This document shows, one piece after another, positions 47,855-56,995 of a stretch of 64,000 bases of DNA. Made by a program: the position numbers and the translations under genes. The notes under the pieces were generated by a model, which had not been told where the DNA came from, made no database searches, and saw only the letters and a program-made list of their open reading frames with translations. Every line of letters starts with the position of its first letter. Positions within the stretch are counted from its first letter, which is position 1. Source of the DNA: an uncultured Myxococcales bacterium (GTDB lineage Bacteria > Myxococcota > UBA4151); contig CAXGWI010000002.1 in assembly GCA_964013405.1 (NCBI GenBank), forward strand, positions 32,040-96,039, read 5' to 3'.

Positions 47855-49273
47855 ATGCGCTTTACGGTCCGAACTCGAATCGCCCTGGACCTCTTTGCCG
47901 CGGTCGCCTTGTCCATGGTGATCGTTGTGATCGGGACGCTCTTTATCGGGCGACAGGTGCTGTGGGAGAACGCGCAGATTCAAACCGACCGCCTGGCCAG
48001 TACCCTTGCCGCACAAATCGCCGCCCAGCGAGTCCCTGGCCAATTGCTTTCGAGTGCGGGCAATCGGGCGCGCCTCGGTGTCTTGCTCGCACCGGCAGTG
48101 TTTGAGGGTAACGAGGTGGAACTGAGCGTCCGGGACCGGTTCGGTCAGGAGGTTTGGCGCCTCCAGGGGAGCCTTGGGCCTCGCCCGATCGTGATCAAGA
48201 AGCCCGTGCCCGGCGGCGGCATGCTGAGGGTGCGGCTGTCGACCAACCTCACGAATCTCACCTTGGACAAGCTGACCCGAACCCTCTTGCTGCTTTCCCT
48301 GGGCAACGTGGTTCTTGTGACCCTCCTGGCTTGGTGGTTGCTCAACCGAAGTGTTGCCGCACCCGTCGGTCGACTCATCAACGCGGTGGAGCAACTCCAG
48401 TCTGAAGCCGACGAGTTTCCCACCCTGCCAGGGATGGGAACCGAATTGGTCGCCCTACAGACGGCGATCGAGCGTATGCGTTTTCGCATGGAACTGGCCC
48501 GCGGGGAGCTGGAGCGTCGACACATCGAACTGCAACAGGCCCACGATGATCTGCTGACGGCCCAGAAGGTGGCCGAGCGGGCCGAACACCTCGCCGGAGT
48601 TGGTCGCCTGGCCGCGGGCATCGCCCACGAAGTCGGTAATCCGCTAGCCGCCCTTGTCGGCTTCGTCCAACTCCTTTCCAGTGAGCGCATCCCTGAGTCG
48701 AAGAAACAAGAGGTCCACGAGCGGCTTGAACGGGAGCTCAACCGCATCGGTGAGATCATTGGTCGATTGCTGGCCTATGCCCGGCCCGCCCGGGAAGCGA
48801 TGGGTCCGGTAGATGTCGCCGAAAGTGTTCGCTCGGCCGCAGAACTGGTCCGAGCAGACCGGGTGTACCGGACGGTCGATCTCGAGTTAGCGCTGGATGA
48901 CAAGACCGGACCGGTGACGGCTGAGCCGAATGCACTGCGGCAGGTTCTGGTGAATCTCCTGCTCAATGCGGCTGAAGCCATGGAGTCAATGGAACGAGGA
49001 AGGGTGCGGGTGACGATCCGTCCGGAGCGGCGCCACCTTCTCCTGATCGTGGAGGATTCGGGTCCTGGCATCCCGTCGGAAATTCGTAGCGAAATCTTCG
49101 AGCCCTTCTTTACGACACGGGAGGTGGGCAAGGGGACTGGACTCGGGCTATCCGTCTGTCACGGACTGGTTCGTGGTTGGGGTGGTGATATTCGGGTAGA
49201 TGGCAGTGAGTTAGGCGGTGCGCGCTTTGAAGTCGAGTTACGCTATAACACCGAAGCTCGGGAGGCCTCATGA
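47855..49273 (+). CDS. HAMP sensor histidine kinase (NtrB/PilS2-like)
   Basis: Two TMs, GRLAAGIAHEVGNPL, NLLLNA, FEPFFTT..GKGTGLGL. Confidence 0.9.
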   Translation: MRFTVRTRIALDLFAAVALSMVIVVIGTLFIGRQVLWENAQIQTDRLASTLAAQIAAQRVPGQLLSSAGNRARLGVLLAPAVFEGNEVELSVRDRFGQEVWRLQGSLGPRPIVIKKPVPGGGMLRVRLSTNLTNLTLDKLTRTLLLLSLGNVVLVTLLAWWLLNRSVAAPVGRLINAVEQLQSEADEFPTLPGMGTELVALQTAIERMRFRMELARGELERRHIELQQAHDDLLTAQKVAERAEHLAGVGRLAAGIAHEVGNPLAALVGFVQLLSSERIPESKKQEVHERLERELNRIGEIIGRLLAYARPAREAMGPVDVAESVRSAAELVRADRVYRTVDLELALDDKTGPVTAEPNALRQVLVNLLLNAAEAMESMERGRVRVTIRPERRHLLLIVEDSGPGIPSEIRSEIFEPFFTTREVGKGTGLGLSVCHGLVRGWGGDIRVDGSELGGARFEVELRYNTEAREAS

Positions 49274-50667
49274 GTGAAGACCATGGATTGGGCTGTGTTC
49301 TCGTCGTCGATGACGAGGAGAGCCTCCGCCACCTTTTGGTTCTGGCGCTCGATGGCTTCGGAATCAAAGTGGAAACGGCTGCCGATGGCATGGAAGGCCT
49401 TGAGCGCTACCAACCGGAACGCCATCAGGTCGTCTTGACCGACATGCGAATGCCGCGACTCGATGGTCTCGGCTTCACCCGTCGACTGCTCAAAAAGGAT
49501 CCGGAGGCCATCGTCGTCGTGATGAGTGCCTATGGCGACCTCTCCCTGGCCCTTCAAGCCCTCGATGTGGGTGCTGTGGATTATCTGAACAAGCCTTTCC
49601 AGCCCGACGAGTTGCAACTGCGACTGACGGTGGCTTTGGAGCGGTGGCGTCTCTCTAGCGAGAACAAGCGGCTCCGGCGTTTGGTGGAGAAAAAGAGTGG
49701 ATTCGATTCGGTCGTCGCCGCGTCTGAGTCGATGCGGGTCATCCGCCAAAACCTTGAGCGAGCTGCACCGCACCGGTCCTCGGTCCTTTTTTTGGGGGAG
49801 TCGGGCACCGGAAAGGAGGTCCTTGCGCGGGCGGTTCATGAGGCTTCCGATCGGGCCGCCAAACCCTTTGTTCCAGTGAACTGTGGCGCCATCTCCGAGC
49901 ACCTGCTCGAGAGTGAGTTCTTCGGCCACGTGAAGGGCGCCTTCACCGATGCTAATCGGGACCGCAAAGGCCTCTTCGATGAGGCCGATGGGGGAACCCT
50001 CTTTCTCGATGAGGTGGGCGAGCTCCCGATGGCCCTGCAGGTGAAGCTGTTGCGAGCCTTAGAAGAGGGGAAGATCCGTCCAGTGGGGGCCAGTCTAGAG
50101 CACAGTGTGGACATTAGAGTGCTGTGCGCGACCAATCGAGACCTCATGGCGATGGTCGCTGATGGGACCTTCCGCCAGGATCTTTTGTACCGACTGAATG
50201 TGTTCACCATCGAGATTCCGCCGCTGCGGGAACGGCTCGAGGATTTGGAGTTGCTGGTGGCCTCCCAACTCGGGGAACTCGCCCTTGCAAGCAAGCGTCG
50301 AAGCCTTCGACTAAACGATGAGGTCTGGGAACTGTTTCGAACCCATCCCTGGCCCGGCAACATTCGCCAGATGCAGAATGTCTTAGAAGCGGCCGCGGTG
50401 ATTTGCTCAGGGGACGTGATTGAACTTGAGCACGTGCCGCCCATGTTTGTCCGTGAAGCGACCGGTGCAGCGCTTGTCGACGAGATCAGTCTTGGTTCCG
50501 TAGACGAGATTGGTCTGAGCGTACCCCTGGCAATCCAGCGCATCGAAAAGGTGTTTATCGAACGGGCCCTTGCGCGCACGTCCGGGAACAAGACGAAGGC
50601 AGCCAAGATTCTCGAGATCTCGCCTCGGGCGCTGCACTACAAGATTCGAGACTATGACATCAGTTGA
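49270..50667 (+). CDS. Sigma-54-dependent response regulator (NtrC/PilR-like)
   Basis: Receiver, GESGTGKE, GAFTDA loop, FLDEVGE, WPGNIR, C-terminal Fis-type HTH. Confidence 0.95.
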   Translation: MSEDHGLGCVLVVDDEESLRHLLVLALDGFGIKVETAADGMEGLERYQPERHQVVLTDMRMPRLDGLGFTRRLLKKDPEAIVVVMSAYGDLSLALQALDVGAVDYLNKPFQPDELQLRLTVALERWRLSSENKRLRRLVEKKSGFDSVVAASESMRVIRQNLERAAPHRSSVLFLGESGTGKEVLARAVHEASDRAAKPFVPVNCGAISEHLLESEFFGHVKGAFTDANRDRKGLFDEADGGTLFLDEVGELPMALQVKLLRALEEGKIRPVGASLEHSVDIRVLCATNRDLMAMVADGTFRQDLLYRLNVFTIEIPPLRERLEDLELLVASQLGELALASKRRSLRLNDEVWELFRTHPWPGNIRQMQNVLEAAAVICSGDVIELEHVPPMFVREATGAALVDEISLGSVDEIGLSVPLAIQRIEKVFIERALARTSGNKTKAAKILEISPRALHYKIRDYDIS

Positions 50668-51184
50668 TAGGGCCTCTCCTTCTTTTGCCGCGCTGGAGGA
50701 GGCCTGGTCCGCCCAGGATGGGGCCCGGACCGGGGCCATTGAGCTCTTGGTCGCTCGTCTTGGTGGTGGGGATCATCGCTGCCTAACCGAGGCAGAGCTC
50801 TGCCCTGAACGGGGGCTTATCGGTGATCGCTGGGAACGGGGGGAGCAGCCGAGTTTGGGGCGGCAAATCACCCTCATGGACGTGCGCGTGGCTCAGTTGG
50901 TCTGTGCGGGTAAAGAAATGCATCTTTCCGGTGACAACTTGTTGGTCGATCTAGATTTGAGTGAGGTGGCCTTGCCGGTGGGGAGTGACTTGCGGGTTGG
51001 GTCGGTCTGTTTGCGTGTGACTCAGGAGCCCCATCGAGGCTGTAAGATCTTTGCTGCGCGCTTTGGCTTGGACGCGCTCAAGTGGGTCAATTGGCGGGCC
51101 CATCGGCCGCGGCGCCTTCGAGGGGTGAACTGTCAGGTGATCACTGGTGGGACGGTTGAGATCGGCGATTGTCTTCGCCGCTAG
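50654..51184 (+). CDS. MOSC-domain protein
   Basis: GLIGDRW, SGDNLLVDLDLS, EPHRGC, RGVN..VITGGTVEIGD. Confidence 0.85.
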   Translation: MTSVDRASPSFAALEEAWSAQDGARTGAIELLVARLGGGDHRCLTEAELCPERGLIGDRWERGEQPSLGRQITLMDVRVAQLVCAGKEMHLSGDNLLVDLDLSEVALPVGSDLRVGSVCLRVTQEPHRGCKIFAARFGLDALKWVNWRAHRPRRLRGVNCQVITGGTVEIGDCLRR

Positions 51185-51199
51185 GGGCCTGTTGGTAGA

Positions 51200-52078
51200 T
51201 CAGATCAAACGGGCAACGAAATCTAGATAGGCATCGGTCAAGGCATCGCCACCGAGTTGCATCTCGAGGGCAGCCAAGACGAGGAAGAGGCCCATCGGCA
51301 CGTGGCGCTCACTTGGAGCCCAGCCATCCTCGTGCTCGACGTCATGGTCCCCAACGCCTCCCCGGTGGCGCAGCAAGGCCCAAATTAGCATGCCCTGGAT
51401 CCCCGTGAGAAGGAGCACAAGGGGGATCGACGCTGGCCCCAAAAGGATCACGATCGCAGCAAAAAGTGGCGCATCGCCCCCACCCATGGCCTCTTCGCCA
51501 ACGACGCTGCTGGCGACGTAGCCGATCAGCCATAGGAGCCCGAAAGCTCCGATGCCCGCACACAGGGCCCAAAGCGGCCCCTGCCAGAGCGAATCGCCAG
51601 CTTCATAGGCTTTGGCCACCTGGCTAAGCAAACCGGTCACCGCCAAGGCTAAGGTCATGCGCGTATCGATGAGAAAACTGTCGTGATCGATCCCCGCGAT
51701 GGCGATCATGATGGAGGCTGCGACGAAGTGGCTGAGGGCGAAGGGGCCCAGGCCGTAGCGGTAAACAAGCCCGGCTGCGAAGAGTCCCACCGCTAACTCG
51801 ATGGCCGCGTAGCGAAAGCTAAAGGGTGCTTTGCAATGGCGGCACTTGCCCAGGAGCACAAACCAACTGACGACGGGAAGATTGTCATACCAGGCGATCG
51901 GCTGTTCGCAGCTCGGACAGGCCGAGCCCGGATGAACGACGCTCTTTCCCGCGGGCAATCGGTAGATCACCACGTTCAAGAAGGACCCGATACAACTTCC
52001 GAAGAGATAGGCGGATGTCAGAACGAAGGTGGTCCACCAGGGCACCAACGCCAGTTCATTGTGCAGGGGGTCCCCCAT
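51200..52078 (-). CDS. pilD: Type IV prepilin peptidase
   Basis: GSFLNVVIYRLP, CPSC and CRHC Zn motifs, catalytic Asp contexts GIDHD and MGGGD. Confidence 0.93.
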   Translation of the reverse strand: MGDPLHNELALVPWWTTFVLTSAYLFGSCIGSFLNVVIYRLPAGKSVVHPGSACPSCEQPIAWYDNLPVVSWFVLLGKCRHCKAPFSFRYAAIELAVGLFAAGLVYRYGLGPFALSHFVAASIMIAIAGIDHDSFLIDTRMTLALAVTGLLSQVAKAYEAGDSLWQGPLWALCAGIGAFGLLWLIGYVASSVVGEEAMGGGDAPLFAAIVILLGPASIPLVLLLTGIQGMLIWALLRHRGGVGDHDVEHEDGWAPSERHVPMGLFLVLAALEMQLGGDALTDAYLDFVARLI

Positions 52079-54245
52079 CCTGCTGGGCCGGGCCCGCATC
52101 CGTACTTGGGACAAGGGGCTCAATCTTCGCTTCAGGCAACGGCGTCCCTGGCTTCACCCGTCGGGTCAAAGTGTCAACGAGGCGGCGCACTTCCGCGAGC
52201 TTGACCAGACCTGAATCCAAAGACAGCGCCCGGTCCAGATAGGCCTTCGCAAGGGGCGCGTTCCCATCGTCGGTGAGGATGGTGTAGGCCAAGTTCATCC
52301 AAGCCTTCGCATGTTTGGGGTCCTGACGCAGCACAGCCTCCCAGAGTGGTCTGGCTTCTCGCTGGCGGTCTCGGCGGTAGGTGGCGATCCCCTTCGCATC
52401 CGTATTCGTCGGGATGGGTAGGTTCTGGATCAAATAGGCCAGCGCCGCTTTCAGGTCTGGGTGCTTGTCCAGTGGGGGCGGCAGGGTTTCGAGGAGTTGG
52501 CGTGACTCGGCAAATCGCTGTCGTCCGGCAGCCTCCTCGCCTTCCATCATCAAACCGCGGGCGATGGCCTGAAGGGCCTTGTCCAAATGCAGATAACCAT
52601 CGGGATGGTCCGGCGCACATCGAATGGCATCCCGCAACTTTCGAGGAACGGCATCGATGAGACCCGCTTGTCCTAGGGTTGTGGATTGCCTCATGAGCAG
52701 ATCGCGCCGGTATTCCCGCCGCTCTGGCGTCTCCACACTGCAGCCGTCGACCCATTGTAAATACTGCGGTTGATCCCGGCTGACGGCAGCCAAGGCATCG
52801 GCATATTTTTCGTTGTCCGGCGCGAGTTGAGTGGCCTTTTGCAGTGCTTGTAACGCGATCTCGAAGTCTTGGGCCGATGGCAACCGGACCGCTTCGCTCA
52901 TCATCCAGTGAGCTTCCGCTTCGATCTCGGTGGGAATTCCTATGGGCTGGTCATTGGCCCGACGCGCCTCGATTTCATCGAAGAGGTTATCGAGCACTTC
53001 GAGGCCGCGCACCGCTGCGAGTTGGGAGATGTTGCCACTCTCGAGTCGGCGGGGGTGGGTCTGGAAGTAAAGCGTGGCTCGGGCGAGGCCGTAGCGAGCG
53101 CCGGCTGAACCTTCTTCTCGAGCCCGTTGGGCCCGCCAGAAGGTGAGCCCGTTTTCGAAGGCGGGAAGCTGCTGGACCGTGGCCGCGAGGGGCAGCATTG
53201 CGGCGAAAAACCCCAAGGGGACCGCCCGGGCGAAGACGTGCCCGAGGGGGGGCTGAACGTTCGCATCTGGTTCTGGACCTTGGATCAGGCCGGACAGGAG
53301 CCAGCCAGCGAAGGCCGCAATGACCAGGAGGAGTGGTACACCGTAACCGAGATCGGGGCGGGCCTCGCCGCTGATGGGTGTCAGTCCCGGCAGAAGCGGT
53401 GCAAGAGCGAGCAATGGCCAGGCCCTTTGTAGCGGCGCCGCGGTCAACGAGCCGAATTTTGCCAGGCCTAGGACCGCGCCGGTGAGGACACAATAACTCC
53501 CCGCGAGAAACAGGCTGCGTCCACCGGTATCGATGCGCTCCCAGGCCACCAGGGAGGACCAGTCAAGGGCGCCTCCCACCTGCCAGCCTTTGACCAGGCT
53601 CAGTACGCTGTGTCCGGCGAGGGGTAAGGTGCGGCTGGGGTCAGGACCGAGCAAGGCCGCATAGACGACGAAGAGAACACCGCTGCCGATGAGGAGAGGG
53701 CGGGAAGCCGTGGTCCCAAAGAGGCGGTGAAAGAATGGGCTGAGCAGACCGACGGGGTGACAAAGTCCGGCCACCAAGCCGAGGCCTGTGGCCCGGTGGG
53801 AATGGTCCGCTTGCACAACGGAGAGCAGGCCGAGGGTCATCGCCAGGGCGAGGCCTGTATGGTCGAGGGGGGCGACCACCGCGATCGCCAGCGGATGGCA
53901 ACAGTAAACGAGCCCGGCGAGCCCGGCCCCCGCGGGATGAAGGCCCTGACGACTGATCAGTAAACAGATCAGGCCAGCTGCTGTGGCGTGCAGGCCAAGC
54001 TGCAGGCCTCGCAGTAGACCCGGTACCTGGACCTGCAGCCCGTTGGGACCTGTCATATTCTCGAAGAATGATTGGATCAGTGCGGCCAGAGGAAAGCGGA
54101 AGTCTGCACCCATCTCGACGAAGCGATCGAGACCCAAGATGAAGCGGGGCTCGGTTCGAAGAAAGAAGTAGCTTCCGAGAAGGAGTAGTCCCGGGAGGAC
54201 GGCAGCAGCGAGAGAGAGCGAGTTGATCTTTTTCAATGATGTCAC
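52056..54245 (-). CDS. Multi-TM membrane protein with C-terminal TPR repeats (TMTC/GT-C-like, divergent)
   Basis: About 10 TM segments including LVYCCHPLAIAVV; F.N.LTFW junction; TPR-like repeats (APDN, APDHPDGY, DPKHAKAWMNLA). Confidence 0.6.
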   Translation of the reverse strand: MTSLKKINSLSLAAAVLPGLLLLGSYFFLRTEPRFILGLDRFVEMGADFRFPLAALIQSFFENMTGPNGLQVQVPGLLRGLQLGLHATAAGLICLLISRQGLHPAGAGLAGLVYCCHPLAIAVVAPLDHTGLALAMTLGLLSVVQADHSHRATGLGLVAGLCHPVGLLSPFFHRLFGTTASRPLLIGSGVLFVVYAALLGPDPSRTLPLAGHSVLSLVKGWQVGGALDWSSLVAWERIDTGGRSLFLAGSYCVLTGAVLGLAKFGSLTAAPLQRAWPLLALAPLLPGLTPISGEARPDLGYGVPLLLVIAAFAGWLLSGLIQGPEPDANVQPPLGHVFARAVPLGFFAAMLPLAATVQQLPAFENGLTFWRAQRAREEGSAGARYGLARATLYFQTHPRRLESGNISQLAAVRGLEVLDNLFDEIEARRANDQPIGIPTEIEAEAHWMMSEAVRLPSAQDFEIALQALQKATQLAPDNEKYADALAAVSRDQPQYLQWVDGCSVETPERREYRRDLLMRQSTTLGQAGLIDAVPRKLRDAIRCAPDHPDGYLHLDKALQAIARGLMMEGEEAAGRQRFAESRQLLETLPPPLDKHPDLKAALAYLIQNLPIPTNTDAKGIATYRRDRQREARPLWEAVLRQDPKHAKAWMNLAYTILTDDGNAPLAKAYLDRALSLDSGLVKLAEVRRLVDTLTRRVKPGTPLPEAKIEPLVPSTDAGPAQQDGGPPAQ

Positions 54246-54457
54246 CCTGGCCTTCGCTGGCTACCTCAGCCAGCCCACCTGGCTCAAGACTGGAGAAAAG
54301 TTTTTTGAAAGTTAAAGGTCAATAGTTACAGTCTGTCCATGCTCGATGATGGTGACGCCAAAGATTGTCTAAATGGCTACCTAAAAAGTGTCGCATCGAG
54401 TGCGGGTGGGAGATCGAAAATACCGTAACGTACTGAAATAACAACAAGGGCTAGATC

Positions 54458-54473
54458 TGGCACGCTCGTTGCT
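54458..54473 (+). promoter_or_regulatory. Sigma-54 (-24/-12) promoter of pilA
   Basis: TGGCAC-GCTCG-TTGCT matches TGGCAC-N5-TTGCW; 80 bp upstream of the pilA ATG. Confidence 0.88.
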
Positions 54474-54552
54474 TATCCTAGCCGTGGAACCGAGCTATGG
54501 TGGCTCAAATGGTCATATCAAAGGCGTCCAGCCAGTCCGGAGGAAGAGGACA

Positions 54553-55044
54553 ATGAAGAAAAAGGGCTTTACCCTGATCGAGCTGATGATCGTGGTCGCG
54601 ATTATCGGTATTCTAGCAATGATCGCGATCCCGAACTTTATTAAGTTCCAGTGTCGCGCCAAGCAGTCTGAGGCGAAGAGTAACCTCAAGGCGCTGTTCC
54701 AAGCTCAGAAGAGCTTCATGTCGGAGCACGATGAGTATGCTTCGCTTGCACGGGTCGGCTTCGCACCTGAGCCTGGTAACCGCTACACCTACTGCAACGC
54801 AGCCAACGATTGCCGTGCTTGCGAAGACGGTAGCAACATTACCGGCGGCAAGAACTTCTGCAACGGCGTGACCGCAACGCAGGTGGGTTGTACCCCTGGA
54901 CCGTCTCATACCGGTACCAACGAAGCGACGGATCAATTTACGTCGTGTGCGACGGGTAACATTGATAACGACGGGCGAGACATCGACGCCTGGCGTATGA
55001 ATGACTCCAACTCGCTCATCAACGACGATAACGACTGCCAGTAA
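54553..55044 (+). CDS. pilA: Type IVa major pilin
   Basis: AGAGGA RBS; MKKKG/FTLIELMIVVAIIGILAMIAIPNF class III signal; KQSEAKSNLK; own promoter and terminator. Confidence 0.95.
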   Translation: MKKKGFTLIELMIVVAIIGILAMIAIPNFIKFQCRAKQSEAKSNLKALFQAQKSFMSEHDEYASLARVGFAPEPGNRYTYCNAANDCRACEDGSNITGGKNFCNGVTATQVGCTPGPSHTGTNEATDQFTSCATGNIDNDGRDIDAWRMNDSNSLINDDNDCQ

Positions 55045-55056
55045 GTCGGAATCGTG

Positions 55057-55076
55057 AGTTGACCTTCGGGTCAACT
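55057..55076 (+). other. Perfect 8-bp RNA hairpin with cUUCGg tetraloop after pilA
   Basis: AGTTGACC-TTCG-GGTCAACT. Confidence 0.8.
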
Positions 55077-55085
55077 GAGCTTGTG

Positions 55086-55122
55086 AATCCCCGGCCTTCA
55101 GGGCTGGGGATTTGCTTTTTTT
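55086..55122 (+). terminator. Rho-independent terminator after pilA
   Basis: AATCCCCGGCC-TTCAG-GGCTGGGGATT stem (one G-U pair) followed by TGCTTTTTTT. Confidence 0.85.
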
Positions 55123-55159
55123 GCCAAAGGGCCGATGGCAGAAAGGGGTGGTGTGCACG

Positions 55160-56995
55160 ATGAATGCCTTGCTCGGTTTTGCCTTGCTGTTGCCATTGCT
55201 CACCTTGAATGTTTCGGCGGTTCAGGGCGGGGCCCTGGTGGTCGTTGCGTGGCTCGTCGCCCTCTGGGCTCGCCCGGGCGCGTCCGCGGCCAGAGGACTT
55301 CCGATCCCGGTCATTCCATTGCTTGCCCTGTGGCTCTTGATGGCCTTCGATAGTTCTGGGGTGCGAGACCCCTGGTCGGCCAGTTGGTGGGTCTTGTCAT
55401 GGTCCTCCGCCGCGCTCGCTGGCCTTTATCTGTGGCGACAGCCTGAAGCGTTAAGCTTCATCCAACGGATGTTCGCCGGACTCGGGGTCTTCTTAGGCAG
55501 CTTGAATGTGATGGTTTTCGTCGCAGCGGGTGAGCGTAGTACCGTTGTCTTCAACAACCCGAATATTCTGGCCGGCTGGCTGCTTGGAAGTGCCTGGTGC
55601 AGCCTTGCGCTGGCTCGGCCCTGGCAGCGATCTGCGGCCTTCGGTGTTCAGGTTCTTGGGCTCGCCTGCACGGGATCGCGAGCTGCCCTTATCAGTCTCG
55701 GCCTGACCGCGTCGATCTACGTGGTCATTCGTGGCGGAAAGTGGCTTCGACGAGCGGCCCCGGTCCTTGCCGTTTTGTTGTTCCTATCCCCTCCGGTCCA
55801 AGGGCGCCTCGCCCGTCTTGCTGATGACCCCACCGCATTCGGCCGGCCCGCCTGGTGGGGTATTGCGATGCAGTTGCATCGGGATGAACCCGGTGGCCTG
55901 GGTACCCGCCAGTTCGGCTGGCATGCCATGACCTATCGCCCGGCTTTCGAGGGGGCTCCGGTCTACCGGTATCTAAAGGGAGCACCTGGGGAGTCCGCCC
56001 ACAGCGAATGGGTTCAATTGCTCGTCGACCATGGCTGGGGTGGCCCGCTCTTGTTCCTTTTGGCCTTGGGCTTGGCCTTGCGCCGGGGACACCGAAGTAT
56101 TTTAGCCTACGGGCTGTTCGCGTTGACCTTTCATGCCGTGCTCGATGGTACGTTCCAGTCGGAAGCGATACGAATCCTCTTCCTTTTGTTCTTCGTAGCC
56201 CTCTGTCTGGAACCCGAGGGGCGAGCCATTCGGCTGCCATCATGGATGGCTGTTGTTTCCCTTCTCCTAATTTCATTGCCCGCCCTCGCCAGCCTACAGC
56301 CCGGCATCGCCGCCTGGCTTTGCCGAGATGGTACGGCATCTTTCCAAGAGGCCCGGGCCTTGCCCAACGGGCGGCAACAAAAACAAATGGCGGCCCAAGC
56401 CGCAAAGCGCTTTCGCCAGGCTGCTCAGATCGACCCTCGGCGTGCTCGTTATCCAGCCCGGCTTGCTGCCCTGCTCGCCTGGCAGTATGAGCAGGGCCAC
56501 GTTGGCCAGGATGCGGCCTTGGAGGCTCAGGTGCAGGCGATGGACTTAGCCCCCTTTCGGCCCCACCGCCTACGCCAGGCCGCCAACCTTTACCGGGACC
56601 TCGGCCGCCATGAGACCGCCTTGAAACTGAGGCGACGGATTGTGGAGATCGAGCCGCGACAGGCCGTCGATCGCATGGAACTCGCCCGGAACCTCCTCCG
56701 CTTAGAGCGGCGCCCTGAAGCGCTCCGAGAGATGCTTGTCGCCCTGCGGCTAGAGCCTCGGTACCGGCGCGCTTGGCTTGATTATGGCGCCACGCTGGAG
56801 GCGGAAAGTGAAGGGGCCGGGCGCCAGGCACTGAGCCGTGCTGCCGCCCTCGCTGCAAGCTTTCGAAAGATCTATTGTGACGATGCAAGTCGGGATTGCT
56901 TGCGTCATAGCCAGTCGGTGATGAGTCGGCTGGAGCAACGCATGGCCGGCGACTTTATCAACGAGTCGGATCCCCAGATTGAGGGGCTGCAGTGA
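55160..56995 (+). CDS. O-antigen-ligase (Wzy_C)-family protein with C-terminal TPRs; candidate pilin oligosaccharyltransferase
   Basis: FNNPNILAGWL, TGSRAAL, AHSEWVQLLVDHGWGG; TPR-like tail; immediately downstream of pilA. Confidence 0.8.
   Translation: MNALLGFALLLPLLTLNVSAVQGGALVVVAWLVALWARPGASAARGLPIPVIPLLALWLLMAFDSSGVRDPWSASWWVLSWSSAALAGLYLWRQPEALSFIQRMFAGLGVFLGSLNVMVFVAAGERSTVVFNNPNILAGWLLGSAWCSLALARPWQRSAAFGVQVLGLACTGSRAALISLGLTASIYVVIRGGKWLRRAAPVLAVLLFLSPPVQGRLARLADDPTAFGRPAWWGIAMQLHRDEPGGLGTRQFGWHAMTYRPAFEGAPVYRYLKGAPGESAHSEWVQLLVDHGWGGPLLFLLALGLALRRGHRSILAYGLFALTFHAVLDGTFQSEAIRILFLLFFVALCLEPEGRAIRLPSWMAVVSLLLISLPALASLQPGIAAWLCRDGTASFQEARALPNGRQQKQMAAQAAKRFRQAAQIDPRRARYPARLAALLAWQYEQGHVGQDAALEAQVQAMDLAPFRPHRLRQAANLYRDLGRHETALKLRRRIVEIEPRQAVDRMELARNLLRLERRPEALREMLVALRLEPRYRRAWLDYGATLEAESEGAGRQALSRAAALAASFRKIYCDDASRDCLRHSQSVMSRLEQRMAGDFINESDPQIEGLQ

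Noticed and set aside
47067..51184. fdhD and MOSC as a molybdenum-cofactor module
   Set aside because: They are separated by a two-component pair and no molybdoenzyme gene is present in the window; no support for a functional unit.
54246..54457. AT-rich stretch suggesting foreign DNA or an ncRNA
   Set aside because: Explained as the divergent promoter/enhancer region of pilA; no convincing structure and no exact IHF consensus.
55725..56888. 387-aa minus-strand ORF and similar long alternative-frame ORFs (e.g. 9870-10640, 49836-50606)
   Set aside because: Arg/Pro/Gly- or Ser-rich with no motifs, and overlapping well-supported genes; expected in high-GC DNA.
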